DNA of 62,496 nucleotides, the filler included, from Chiloscyllium plagiosum (taxonomy: Eukaryota): assembly GCF_004010195.1 (NCBI RefSeq). It is 3 parts of one record of this genome, joined end to end, with 100 filler letters (N's around TTAATTAATTAA, not from the genome) between each part and the next. Parts side by side here need not be neighbours in the genome. Positions count along the whole stretch, not along the records: positions 1 to 25,606 come from NC_057713.1; positions 25,707 to 50,087 come from NC_057713.1; 1 more part is not named here. One strand, given 5' to 3'. The notes beneath the pieces are model-generated. The model made no database searches and was not told the origin of the DNA. It was given only the letters and a program-made list of their open reading frames with translations. Below, one piece after another: positions 14,081 through 27,072 of the stretch (positions are counted from its first letter, which is position 1; each line of letters starts with the position of its first letter). A program made the translations under genes and the position numbers.

Positions 14081-14240
14081 AAAATCACATAACACCAGGT
14101 TGTAGTCCAACGGTTTATTTGAAAGTTCAAGCGCTCTGAAAGCTTGTATTTTCAAATAAACTTGTTGGACTACAACCTGGTGTTCTGTGATTTTTAACTT
14201 TGTCCACTCCAGTCCAACACCAGCACCTCCACTTCATGAC
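14081..14240. mobile_element. Palindromic PLE family-2 mini-insertion with 12-bp TSD
   Basis: TTCAATAAGTAT at 14069-14080 and 14241-14252; arms aaatcacataacaccaggttgtagtccaac / gttggactacaacctggtgttctgtgattt. Confidence 0.75.
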
Positions 14241-15769
14241 TTCAATAAGTATCAGTTTGGGGATCTTTATATATAACCGATCTGCAATGTCAAATTTATA
14301 CTTCTGTCGAAAATTGAAAATTTGGGGAAAAAGTGAAAATGGATAGAAATCCATAATCTAATTCCTGGAAATATGAATGGCAAAAAAGACAGACAGATCC
14401 ATAATCAAAACATGAAATGTTTACTATACACATGAAGGAACTGTGTATGTCAACTGGAGAGCCCTCCTCTGCATACTTGTAGGCCGTGACTTTTCAAGTT
14501 GGCGTCAAAGTAATTTTTAAATGTGATGACTCTGTACAATCCATTCCGGCAGCGAATTGCTACAAGCTCTGGGAGGGAAAAAACAGATTGTCCTCTGGCC
14601 TTTAATCTTTAACATGGATTGAATCATGAAGTCAGTAGATTGCAATTATACCTTGTTGGATAGAATAAAGAGTGGAGCTGGCAAAAAGCACAGCAGGTCA
14701 AGCAGAGCAGGGGAATCTTTGATCCGGACTGGGGGAGGGGAAAGGGGGCTGCAAAATAAATGGGGATTGGGGAAAGTTGGGTGGGATGGCAGTAGGTGGA
14801 TGCACGTAGGAGGTGGCTGTGATTGGTCAGTGGGAAGGAAGATGGACAGGTAGGGTCAGGTAAAGAGGGTGGGATGGAGAGGGAGGGTTGGGCCTGGGAT
14901 GAAGTGGGGTTTGGGGAGATTTGGAAGCTTGATGGCAAAGGTTGAAGAGATTTAGCAATATTTCCTATTTATACAGCACTTTCCCATCCTCAGGTTGTCT
15001 TAAAGTAATTTTTCATCAATTGAAATGCAGTCACTACTGTTTTGTATGAAACTTACAGTAACTAATTTAGAAGCACAAACTTCCACAAACAGTTTGAGAT
15101 AAATGAACAGAAAAACTATTTTTGATTGAAGGAAATATTTTTATCTGGACAACTCCTGAGGTCCTTCATAGAACAGTACAGCACAGGAACAGACTCTTTA
15201 GCCCACCATGTCTGTGTCAACTATGATGACATTATAAACTAATTCCCATCTGCCTGCACATGGTCCATATCCCTCTATTCCCTGTCTGTTTATGTGTCTA
15301 TCTAAATGCCTTTTAAACGTTGCTATTGTACCTGCTTCTACCACCTCCTTTGGCAGCATGTTTCAGTCACCTATCACCCTCTGCGTAAAATATTTACAAC
15401 ACAAATCTCCTTTAAACTTAACTCCCTCACCCTAAATCTATGCCTCCTAAACTAGTCATCTTCATCTAGTGCCATGATATCTTTTCCATTCACCCAGATG
15501 GCAAAACAGTTTAATATCTAGGTGAACATCTATGATGAAGGATCATCATAGTATTATTATTTTGAAACTAAGGTTCTAAAGCACAGTAAAGTTGGATTTT
15601 AGATTTCAATTCAGTGAAGATCTCATCAAACTAATTTTTAAAATTGTTAGGAAGTTATGTTGAACAGTGAGCTACAGGTGACATTTCCAAGAAATCATGT
15701 GATTTTAGGAAGCACCTAAGGGAGATAATTACTAGGGTGTTTTCTGATTGAGTTTTATAACCCAAAGCA

Positions 15770-15793
15770 AGAGAGAGAGAGAGAGAGAGAGAG
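15770..15793. repeat. (GA)n microsatellite
   Basis: Read directly; a compound (TG)n(TC)n also lies at 3031-3060. Confidence 0.9.
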
Positions 15794-16704
15794 AAAGGCA
15801 TGAATCTTGTAATCCTGAGATTTTCATACAAGCAGAGGTGCTATTAGCTTTGCTGTTTCCCAAACAGTCAAGGCAGGACCAGAGAGAAATCCTGAGTTAC
15901 TTAGAAGGAAAATGGATAAATAGAAGACTATGGAAGTGCAACTAAGAGAGGAAGACATCCTAAAAAAGCTGTTGAGGACATGAATTTAAGGAACACATAT
16001 TGAACAGTGACAGTGAGCTGAGTTACCAGCTTGGTAAAAGATCTTAGGGACAGACATTAATTAAAGAGCATAGCATTGAGCTGATGATATTAATTACACA
16101 TCCCTGGACAATATGGGCAAATTAGCATGGCCACTCCACCTAACCTGAACATCTTTGGACTGTGGGAGGAAACCAGAGCACCCAGAGGAAACCCACGCAG
16201 ACACTGGGAGAATATGTAAATTCCAAACAAGCAGTCGAGCAAGGGTGGAACTGAATCCAGGCCCAGACATTGTCAGGGAGCAGTGCAAATCAGTGAGCCA
16301 CCGTGCCACTCTTTCTATAGAATCTCTACAGTGTGGAAGCAGGCCATTTGGCCCATCGTGTCCACACTGACTCTCTGAAGAGCATCCCACCCAGACCCAC
16401 CACAACCCCATAACCCTGACTTTCCTATGGCTAGCTCACCCAAGCTACACATCCCTGGACACTAATGTTCAGTGGCTGACTATCGCAGTAATCACATTTC
16501 AAAACTAAAACTGATGGTCCATCAATCCAGATTTTATTTGGAATCTGGCTTGTCTGTTATGACCATCAGCTTGGGATCATAACATTCTCACACAAAAACT
16601 GTCATGTTTAACATGCAGTGCTCCTTAGAGTTCACTGGGACAGCAGCATGGATAATGGGTCTAGGTTTATAAGTAGAGCTTGAGATCTAAAAACACTTAC
16701 AGTT

Positions 16705-17478
16705 CTGGATGTAAGTTTGCTCGCTGAGCAGGAAGGTTCATTTTCAGATGTTTCATCACCATACTAGGTAACATCTTCAGTGAGCCTCTGAATGAAGCAC
16801 TGGTGGTGTAGCTCACTTTCTATTTATATGTTTGAGTTTCCTTGGGTTGGTGATGTCATTTACTGTGGCGACATCATTTCCTATGGTGATATCATTTCCT
16901 GTTTGTTTTCTCAGGGGGTGGTGAATGGGATCCAAAAACAACTAATCTCATCTATAAAATACCTTGCAAGAACCATAACAAACACTACATTGGATAAACA
17001 GGCAGGAAACTAGTCACCAGGATACATGAGCATCAACTAGCCACAAAACAACATGACCCACTTTCACTAGTATCCTTATATTCAGATGAGAAAGGACACT
17101 ACTTCGACTGGGACAACACATCTATCCGAGAACAAACCAAACAAAAAGACACATGAGAATTCTTAGAAGCATGGCATTTCAACCAGAACTCTATCAACAA
17201 ACACATTGACTTGGATCCCATTTACCACCCCCGAGAAAAACAACAGGAAATGACATCGCCATAGGAAATGATGTCACTACAGGAAATGACATCATCAACC
17301 CAAGGAAACCCAAACATATAAATAGAAAGCTGGCTATACCACCAGTGCTTCATTTGGAGGCTCATTGAAGATGTTACCTAGTATGGTGATGAAACGTCTG
17401 AAAACGAACCTTCCAGCTCAGCGAACAAACCTAATTCAGAACCTCAACCTGAGCTACAAATCTTCTCAAAACTCGCTA
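16705..17478 (+). mobile_element. Penelope-like element (family 4) GIY-YIG 3' part with inverted terminal copy
   Basis: HYIG*TGRK...RIHEHQLATKQHDPLSLVS...FDWDNTSI...EFLEAWH...INKHIDLDPIYHP; 16705-16932 is the reverse complement of the 3' end. Confidence 0.75.
17362..17401 (+). ncRNA. Minimal hammerhead motif, PLE family 4 (C3 mutated); mirror copy at 16744-16783 on the minus strand
   Basis: TCA-TTGAAGA-T-GTTACC-tagtat-GGTGAT-GAAA-CG-TC-TGA. The inverted copy keeps CTGAAGA but reads GAAACATC, so the two copies together reconstruct an intact core. Confidence 0.6.
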
Positions 17479-17578
17479 ATACTTATTGTTCATTTTAATA
17501 AAGAAATTCAAATGAATTCTTGGAAATATTTAAACTTGTAAAGATGCAGTAACTTTTCATTATTTTAATACTGTTTAG

Positions 17579-17715
17579 CCTGGAAGCTTTTGAAGATTTG
17601 CAAAGATCAATTGGTAAAGAAATGCCAGCAGAGAATGGGAGACTGAAATCACTGGTCCGTTCTGTCGAGGAGCTGCAACAGGCTGTGAAGAAACTGCTTC
17701 CACGAATGTGGCAAT
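17579..17715 (+). CDS. TRIM-family gene, linker exon (137 nt)
   Basis: ctgtttag acceptor at 17578; T|gtaagt donor at 17716. Phase 2-1, open frame (R)LEAFEDLQRSIGKEMPAENGRLKSLVRSVEELQQAVKKLLPRMWQ. Confidence 0.85.
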
Positions 17716-19682
17716 GTAAGTATGGGGTGAGAGATGTGGGTTGGTAACATTGTAAGCTCTGAGCAAATAGTTCCTTGTTCAGCCAATAGGCTTCTTCACT
17801 CTTAGCAAAAATAATGCATAAGTGAAGCAAATTCTTATCCCTATTCTGGTTTTTGTTTGTGTTCTGTGAGAGAATGTTATAGACGTGTTGGAAAAAAGCT
17901 ACAAGCAGACAAAGACACTGCTCTAAGCTTTGTCACTGGTGGTAAATACAGGGAATAGTGTCATTGATGAAAGGTTTCTTTGGCAACAAAACAAGGTTAG
18001 TCCCACTGACCTGATTTTCCATCTACATGCTCTCTCCTTCCAGAAACATTTATTTTCCCCTTGAATCCATGAACTAAGTTCAATTCTTGGTAACTCAGTC
18101 CAGAACATATTAACCTTTAGATGGAGAGAGTCATTTGACTTCTCTTCTTGCTTCTAATTTCAACATGTATCCTTTGGGATTTGAGACCTTCCCGAAGATA
18201 TGTTAGTGGTATGGGATAGAAGTAGCATGCCAGAATCCATAAGTTCAAATCCCGACACGTAAAATCAGCAAACATTGTGGGCCTGGAGTCACATGTATAC
18301 CAGGGCAGGTGGCAATGGTAGGTTTTCTACCCTATGGGACGTTAGTGAAACAATTGGGCCACCCAACTTTCCATTGGCGCTGGCTCAAAACATTTGCAGA
18401 TATTGTATTCAGAACTTGATCTGATGCAAATCTTTCTTTATTCTCTCATGGGACCCACAAGTGACAAGACCAACATTTGTCATTCATCCCTGGTTGCCCT
18501 TGAGTTGGTTTCTAGGTCATTTGGGAGGCCAGTGAAGAATTAATGACATTACTATGGGTCTGGTGTCACACATTGACCAGACCAGGTAAGAACAGCAGAT
18601 TTCCTTCCACAAAGGACATTATTGAACTAGGTGAGCTTTTTCCAAAGTCAATGACAGTATCATGATCTCCATCACTGAGGCTAGCTGCCAGTACTGGATT
18701 TATTCATTGAATTTAAATTCCACCAGCTGCTCTTGGCCTCTGGATCACAACTCTCATGACATTACCACAATGCCACTATCTTGCTTGAATTGAACCAAAA
18801 ATAACAAGAAATTGGATTAATAAAGCAGTTTAACATTGTGAATCTACAATAGACTTCAAGGTCCATCATCAAGAGTGGTTTGGCAGCATCTTTATCGATC
18901 AAGCTGGTCGAGTCATAAAGGAGATTGCTGCAAGGGAACCAACAAGAGGGAGAAACATCCTTGACCCCATCTTCATCAATCTGGTTCAAATTCCACCAGG
19001 CCAGATGGTGCAATTTGAAATCAATAAAAAATAAATCTGGGATCAAGCATTTAATGATATCCATGAAACCATTGCTGATTGTCAGAAAAACCCATTTGAT
19101 TCACTAATGCCCCTTAGGGAAGGAAATCTGCCATCCTTATCCAGTCTGGCCTGCATGTGACTCCACACCCACAGCAATGTGGTTGACTCTGAACTGCTTC
19201 TGGGCTATTAGAGATTGACAATGATGATCACGTCCTGTGAATTCCAATGAATGAATAAAAACAAATGCCATTTGCCATGTTTAGACCCTTGGAACAACTT
19301 GGAGGGATCGTTGGTCATAACAACTATACTCGCATATTACAGCCATGACCAAGAACACCATGCAGTGGGATTACATATCGAAAGCTTCATTATCAATATT
19401 GATTCAAACATATTCAGCAGTGTACAGTTAGTAATCATAGCCATAGAAAACTGACACATGAATATTGGCCATTCGTCTCCTTAGCCTGTTCCACCCTTCA
19501 ACTAGATCTTGGCTGACCATCTACCTTAACACCAGTTTTCACCCTATCCCCATGTCCCTCAATTTCTTCTATTTAGAAATCTGTCAATCTCTGTTTCAAG
19601 TATACTCAATGACTGAGCTACCATAGGCCTTTGAAGTAGAGAATTCCAAACATTCACCATCCTCTGAATGAAGAAATATCAC

Positions 19683-19855
19683 TAAGAGAAAGTGAGGACT
19701 GCAGATGCTGGAGATCAGAGCTGAAAATGTGTTGCTGGAAAAGCACAGCAGGTCAGGCAGCATCCTGAAGAAGGGCTCATGCCCAAAACGTCGATTCTCC
19801 TGCTCCTTGGCTCTGCCTGACCTGCTGCGCTTTTCCAGCAACACATTTTCAGCTC
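19683..19855. mobile_element. Palindromic PLE family-1 mini-insertion with 14-bp TSD
   Basis: Inverted arms; TGAAGAAATATCAC at 19669-19682 and 19856-19869; hammerhead motif at 19765-19792 with G12>A. Confidence 0.8.
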
Positions 19856-20468
19856 TGAAGAAATATCACCTCAACTCAGTCTTAAATCTCCCACCTATTC
19901 CCCTGGGATTGTGCCCCCAGTTCTAAAATCCATAGCCAGAAGGAAGCATCCACTGTGCATCCATCTGGTAGAGTCTTGAAAGAACTTTGAATGCTTCAAG
20001 AGAATGTGCCTCATTCTTCTAAACTCTAGTGAATATACAGCCAGCTTCGTCAATCTTTCCCACTGTCCCAGGAGTCAGTCTGGTGAATCCTTATTGCAGT
20101 TCCTCTCTAATGAGAATATTCTTCCTTAAGTAAAGAGACCAAGACTATAGACAGCAGTACAGGTATGATCACATAAAGACTGGAAACAATTACAGCAAGT
20201 CTTCTTTACTCCTGTACTCAAATCCTGTTGCAATAAAAATTACCAATTGCCTTCCTAATTGTCTGCTGAAACCTCATGTTAGCTTTCAGTGAGTTAGAAC
20301 ACCCAAAAACACCACATAATCTTTCACTAGCTAAGAAATTATCTCCTTTCTGTTTTGCCTACCAAAGTGGATAACCAACATTTTTTTGGCATTATATTCC
20401 AACTGCCATGTTCCTTTTCAAGTTTCAATAAAATTTCAGATTTTAGTAACAGTATTTTTTTGTTACAG

Positions 20469-21085
20469 ATTCAAGAAATATAACTTTTGCTGAGAACACA
20501 GCACACAGGAATCTGTCTTTGTCAAGTGACTTGCGTTCTGTGCAATACAATCCCATACCCACTAGTGTCCAAGATCATTCTGCGCGGTTTGAGTATTCAT
20601 TCAATGTTCTGGCAAATGAAAGCTTCTCATCAGGCAAACACTACTGGGAGGTCAAAGTGAGGAACAAGGATGGGTGGAACATCGGTGTTACATACTGCTC
20701 CATTTCCAGGAAAGGGAAAGGTAAAGAAACCGTTCTGGGAAAGAACAAACATTCCTGGTCCATCCAGATGGTTGACAAGGAGTACTATGCTCTTCATGCT
20801 GATGAATCCATTCTACTTGATCTGAACAGCAGGGACCACAAGTGTGAACGATTGGGAATGTTTGTAGATTATGAAGAAGGACGCTTGTCTTTCTATAATG
20901 TCAACCTAGGGACTCATATTCACTCCTTTAAAACAAAGTTCCGCAAACCAATATTTCCTGCTTTTAATCCTGTCTCAACCATAAAATCAAAAAATTATGA
21001 ACCAATTGTGTTGTGCCACTTAGCCCCCGCACTGGAAGAGATTGCTGACAGCAACAATACAGAAATACAAGATGAAAAGCTATAA
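20469..21085 (+). CDS. TRIM-family gene, terminal PRY-SPRY (B30.2) exon
   Basis: tttgttacag acceptor at 20468; (Y)SRNITFAENTAHRNLSLSSDLRSV...RFEYSFNVLANESFSSGKHYWEVKV...LGMFVDYEEGRLSFYNV...IFPAF, stop TAA at 21085. Hallmark B30.2 motifs; resembles the TRIM14/16/25-like class, exact orthologue not assignable. Confidence 0.93.
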
Positions 21086-21321
21086 AGGATCCTTAGTGTA
21101 GCCATGGATGCATCACTTGGGGTGGGGGCTATATTGCATTCTAAAGTTTAATTTACTGTGTGTTTGAGTATATGTTACTGGAATATCTCACTGATATTGC
21201 ACTTTTCATTGACATCATTTGATTGTCTCTTTGTTCCAGGATTCAGTATACACACTTGACACAAGTGACATGTTTAGACCTTGCCAACATGGATTTGTTA
21301 AACACCACATTCTGATATTTG

Positions 21322-21561
21322 TTGAAAATGTGTTGCTGGAAAAGCGCAGCAGGTCAGGCAGCATCCAGGGAACAGGAGAATCGACGTTTCAGGCATAAGC
21401 CCTTCTTCAGGAATCCTCCTGAAGAAGGGCCCTTCCTCCTGAAAAAGGGCTTATGCCCGAAACGTCGATTCTCCTGTTCCCTGGATGCTGCCTGACCTGC
21501 TGCGCTTTTCCAGCAACACATTTTCAGCTCTGATCTCCAGCATCTGCAGTCCTCACTTTCT
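21322..21561. mobile_element. Palindromic PLE family-1 mini-insertion with 17-bp TSD
   Basis: Inverted arms of about 90 bp; CCACATTCTGATATTTG at 21305-21321 and 21562-21578. Confidence 0.85.
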
Positions 21562-22134
21562 CCACATTCTGATATTTGCCTATTCTTGTTTTTAAAGAGA
21601 ATGTAATTATAAGTACTAAAATATAGCTCAAAAATGCTTTAATTTGTAAGCCCATAATGATGAATTTGATTATAAACAACTGTGCATTGCTTGTGTATGA
21701 TGTAATTGGGTGTATATTATTCATTTCTCTTTTATTCTCTGCCTGTCTCCAAGCAAGTGGTGAACCCTGTGTGATAAACAAGATAGTTACATTGGACAAC
21801 TGTTGTGGTTCCATTCTGTAGCTCTTGTGGTGTAGTGACAGTGTCTCTACATCTGGCTTAGGAGACCCAGGTTCGAGGCCTACCTGCTCTAGATTGTGTC
21901 ATGTCATATCAAATTGGTTAAAAACATTAATTAATTTCCAAAACAGTCAATTCGGAAGGGTTGATGGGGGAATTAAACAATACAGGTCAGTGATAAAATG
22001 GTGATAGATATTATTAGAGGTAGAAACTATCTTGGGTAATGCATTAGCAGCCCACTTTGTATGTGAGGTTTTAAATTCATATGCCGTGAACCAGGCTACC
22101 AGGTGTGTATGTAGTAGGCAACCGATCAGTTTTG

Positions 22135-22430
22135 GGGAGGTGACGGCATAGTCTCACTCGACTAGTAATCTAGAACTGGGACATGGGTCTGAATCCCATG
22201 ACTGCAAATGGTGAAATTTGAATTCAATAAAAATTTGGAATGAAAAGCTAGCCTAATGGTGACCATGTTGTAAAAACCTACCTGATTCACTAATGTTCTT
22301 TAGGAATCTGCCATCCTTACCTGGTCTGGCCTACAAATGACTCCAAACCCCCAGCAATTTGGTTGACACTTAGGGTTAAGCAATAAATATTGGCCTAGCC
22401 AGGGACACCTACATTTCAAGAACTGAAACA
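22135..22430 (+). mobile_element. Second SINE family (gaattcaataaaaat...ctgccatccttacctggtctggcctaca...)
   Basis: Recurrent sequence also at about 3640-3880 (minus), 18980-19262, 23300-23510, 32520-32850 (minus), 53160-53465 and 57660-57905. Confidence 0.7.
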
Positions 22431-23071
22431 AATAATGTTCACTCTGTTTCAATCACTGAGGCAAATTTCTATCTGTTAGGAAATCAACCCAAGACATTTC
22501 ATAGGAAAATAGGAACAGATGTAAGCTATTTTGTTCTATGAGTCTGCTCCAACAAAATGTCATGGATTATGGCATACAGCTGTGGTCTTAGTTCCACAGT
22601 CATGTCTGTATCCTACAATCCTTGACTTCCTTGTCTGTTTAAAAACTCATCCACTTATGCCTTGAATAATTTAAATGACACAAGTTCCACTGCTTTCTGA
22701 GAAAGGGAATTCCATAAGGCTTAAAAGGAAAATGCAGAGGCCAAACCATGGAAAAAAATAAGAAAGAATGACCAGTAGAGGTATCGAGGGTTATGAGGGA
22801 AATTGGATGTGAGGAATATCAAATCAGTCATGAAAGAACTTTATTAAGTTGTTAAGGCATGATCTCACCCACACAAAACCATGTGATAAACCCATTCTTT
22901 TCCAAATATAAATAGATTTTATCTCTCAGTACCTTTTCCAGCAACTTTCTCACCACTGACATCAGACTCACTGGTCTGTAGTTACCTGGAATATCTCTAC
23001 TACCTTCTTGTACAGGGTATAAATTTCCAAAGAAATTGTAGGCATGTGTAGAAGCATTGTTGCCAGTGATA

Positions 23072-23293
23072 CAGTAATCACCCCATACATGCAGGGGATA
23101 CGTTCCATGACCTTCCACAGAAGCCCAAAACCACAGACAGGAGAGAACACATTCCTTCCAATGGGAAATTTACCTTCCCAGCAGCCTCCTGGTCCCTGGT
23201 TCCGCAAGGTTCCCTATAATATGTTCAGACTATAGGAAACTGCGGGTAACTGAAACTGCGGAAAACAATTCCGCAAAAACAGGGGTTGCCCTG
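23072..23293. mobile_element. Tigger/pogo-like MITE
   Basis: TA|CAGTAATCACCCCCATACATGCAGGGGATACGTTCC...AGGGGTTGCCCTG|TA: degenerate TIRs and TA TSD. Confidence 0.55.
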
Positions 23294-24846
23294 TATTTTA
23301 GGACGAGGGTTTGAATCCCACAACATGAAATGGTGGAATCAGAATTCAATAAAATCCAGAATTAAAGTCTAATGATGACTGTAAGTTGTAGTAAATACCC
23401 ATCTGTTTCACTAGTGCCCTTTAAGAAGGAAATCTGCTGTCATTACCTAGTCTGGCCCACATGTGATTCCAGGCCCTCAGTAATGTTGTTGATCCATAAG
23501 TGGCTTCTGAAACAGCTCAGCAAGCCACTCAGTTGTATCAACCGCTAAAAAGTCACTAAGTAGAAATAAACCAGACAGAATGCCTGGTACCAACCCTAGA
23601 TATTGAAGTCAAGAATGGAAAACAGCCCTATCAGGACTGCAAAGTTATTTTTATCAACATCTGAGGGCTAGTGCCAAAATTGGGACAATAGTCTCACAGA
23701 CTAGTCAAGTAAAAATCTGACGTGGTCATACTCATAGAATCATACCTCAAAGACAATATCCCTGACAAGACCATCAACATCCCTTGGTATGTCCTGTCCC
23801 AGCAAGAGGACATGCCCTAATAGGTGATGAATGGCATTTGGAGTCCTCAACTTTGACTCAGGACCCCATGTCCCAATATTATATCAAACACAGGAAAGAA
23901 AGGAGTCAATCATAATTGGGGAAAAACTTTCCACTGTTTGGAGTCATATCTGGCACGTAGGAAGATGATTGTGGTTTTTGGAGGTCAGTCGTCTCAGCTC
24001 CAAGATATCTCTACAGGAGTTCTTCAGGGTAGTGTCCTTGGTCCAATCGTCTTCAGTTGTTTCATCAATGAACTTCTGTCCATCATAAGGTCAGAAGTGG
24101 GGATGTTCACCAATGATTACAACTGTTCAGCAACATTCATGGCTCCTGATACTGAAGCACGTCCAAATGCAGCAAGACCTGAACAATATCCAGGTTTGGG
24201 CTGACAAGGAGCACTTGTGCAACACAAGTGCCAGGCAATGACCATCTCCAATAACAGAGAATCTGACCAACGCTCCTAAAAATGTCCATTGTCCCCTTAT
24301 AACGGCTAAGTTGGACTTTTTTCCTTCATGCATTCATCAGATCTAGGCAATGGTGATTGGCCAGGATTTAATTCCCATCCTTGGCTGTCCTTGAGAAGGT
24401 GGTGGTGAGCTGCCTCCTGAACCATTGCAGTCTGTGTGCTGTAAGTAGACCAATATTATCTTTAGAGTGGAAATGCCAGGAGTTTGATCCAGTGACACTG
24501 AAGGAACAGTGATACATTTCCAAGTCAGATGGTGAATTGCTAATAGAGGAGCTTACAGTTGGAGGTAATGTGATGTATCTGTTGCCCCTATCCTTCTAGA
24601 TGGAACTGGTCTTGGGTTTGGAAGATGGTTCCTAAGGAATTTTGGAGAATTTTGGCAATGCATCTCATAACTGATATATATTGCTGCTACTGAGCATCAA
24701 TAGAGGAGGAAGTGGATGCTTGTGGATCTGATGCCAATCAAGCAAGCTGTTTTGTTCTGTGTGGTGTCAAGCTTTTTGAGTGTTGTTGCAGCTGCACTCT
24801 GTTATGAACCAGACCAGACCCCCTCAAAATTTATAAAGAAGGTAGC

Positions 24847-25895
24847 AAAGAAAAACAAAGAACAAAGAAAATGTACAGCCCTCCAAGGCCCTCCAAGCCT
24901 AAGCCGATCCAAATCTACTGTCTAAACCTGTCGGTCAATTCCTAAGCATCTGTATCCCTCTGCTCCCCACCTATTCGTGCATCTGTCCAGATGCACCTTA
25001 AATGAATCTACCGTGCCTGCCTCTACCACCTCTGCTGGCAACGCATTCCAAATGCCCACTGCCCTCTGTGTGAAGTACTTGCCACGTTTATCCCCCTTAA
25101 ACTTTCCACCTCTCATCTTGAAAGCATGACCTCTCGTCATTGAATCCCTCACCCTGGGAAAAAGCTTGTCTCTATCCACCCTGTCTATACCCTTCATGAT
25201 TTTGTAAACCTCAATCAGGTCCCCCCTTCAATCTCCTTTTTTCTAATGAAAATAAACCTAACCTACTCAACCTCTCTTTATAGCTAGCACTATCCATATC
25301 AGGCAACATCCTCGTAAACCTTCTCTGCACCCTCTTCAAAGCATCCACATCCTTTTGGTAATGTGGCACCCAGAACTGTACACAGTATTTTAAATGCGGC
25401 CGAACCAATGTCTTGTACAACTTTAACATGACTTGTCAGCTCTTATACTCAATACCCTGTCCAATGAAGGCAAGCATACTATATGCCTTCTTGACCACTC
25501 TATCCACCTGTGCAGCAACCTTCAGGGTACAATGGACCTGCACTCCCAGATCTCTCTGCCCATCAACTTTTCCCAAGTCTCTTCCGTTCATTGTATAATT
25601 CGCTCTNNNNNNNNNNNNNNNNNNNNNNNNNNNNNNNNNNNNNNNNNNNNTTAATTAATTAANNNNNNNNNNNNNNNNNNNNNNNNNNNNNNNNNNNNNN
25701 NNNNNNAGTTCATCTGCCTTACACACTATACTCCTTGCATTAAAGTAGATGCATTTCAGGCCACCAGTTCTTTTGCACTCATCTGCTCTCTGCCTACTCT
25801 TCCCTTTTCTTAATGCTATCTTCATAATTCTTACAGTCTCCAGTCTCCATCTCACTGCCTACTTGTTTTCTCTTCTGGTTCCCAGTCCCCTGCCA
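24847..25895 (-). mobile_element. Young CR1 LINE spanning an assembly gap
   Basis: LYKTLVRPHLKYCVQFWVPHY...; start of ORF2 (LKCIYFNARSI) beyond the gap; tandem tail aaagaacaaagaa; 5-bp GTAGC duplication. Confidence 0.85.
25607..25706. other. Assembly gap with artificial linker
   Basis: 44 N + TTAATTAATTAA + 44 N. Confidence 0.97.
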
Positions 25896-27072
25896 GTAGC
25901 CTAGACCCTAAATCTTTCTTACTTTAAAGATAAATGCGTGGTGCTTTGTTCCAGATACAATTCAATTGGTCAAACTACTCATAGTTAAACAAAAACACAA
26001 TTTAGTCAAACACCATACAACAGAAGAAAGACGAAAATTGTATTGGAAAATTTAACAGCATAATAGATTATTTACTACTAAACGGTAACTGTTCCAATAT
26101 TACTATCTACATCCCATAGACACACCCTTGGCAAAAGGCAAATTCTGAAAACAGAATTGTCTCACATGCAACTCCAGCAGACCAGCAGGAAAAACATCCA
26201 GAAAACTCAAAGCGAGTGTAGCAGCCAGAGAGATTCAGTGCCTTCAAATCCTGCTGAGACCCCAACAACTGTTGCTGAAAACACTAAAAATCTTGGTTGT
26301 CTGAGAGCTCAACCCCATCCATTCAGGCTTCTTCTACTGTTCCAACCTTTTAAAAAAATTAAGGCCTCACAAGTTGTTTATTCTAGTGGTTTTGTTAGAT
26401 TGCTCAGCACCTCTGCCTCAAAATCTCTCTTCAAAAATAAACTGGACAAAATAACCTCTTAAAGTCACAGCATCGTCATAACTCACACAGACAAGGGAAT
26501 ATTCCATCATGCTCCTCACTTGTGCCTTCTGAATGGTGGACAGGCTTTGGGGACTCAGGAGGTGAGTTACACTTTGCAGTATTCCTTGCTTCTGACCTGC
26601 TCTTATAGCTATTGTATTTACATAGTGAGTCCAGTTGAGTCTCTGGTCAATGGTACCCCAGAATGGTAATATTGCAGGATTGTAAAAGTGTTTAAAGCAT
26701 GTCACATTTAATAATATGTCTATGTTCTTACATTCAAGATCCCTCAAGCACTGGAAATAGTCTGTATTTATGTATTTTGTCCCATTATTTCAAATTTTAA
26801 ATACTCAAATAATCAGGCAACCTCCACCTTGGCGCTCTCCCGAACAAACCCCTTGAGTTGGAGCACACGCAGAAATATTTTTTCCTCCAAATGTTTTGGT
26901 TGAAGTAGCATTTCTCCACAAACAAGATTAAGCATTAAGGCGTTAAACTATGGGAGTGGTTAATGCTAATAGTGGAAAGATTCCAACTATGAACAGGACT
27001 ATCATCATCTGCAAAAGAATTCAAAGAAAACCCAGATCATAATTTTGGATGTGCCAATTAACTTGGGCTATA

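Larger units (their letters stand above)
24800..26482. mobile_element. Solo LTR-like element split by a younger CR1 insertion
   Basis: TGTTATGAACCAG at 24800 to TCATAAC at 26482; interrupted at GTAGC (24842-24846 and 25896-25900); related to 30567-31190. Confidence 0.65.

Noticed and set aside
25651..25662. TTAATTAATTAA between N-runs (also 50132-50143) as a biological motif
   Set aside because: Identical 44N-12-44N format at both sites, with stops in all six frames; it is a scaffolding linker.
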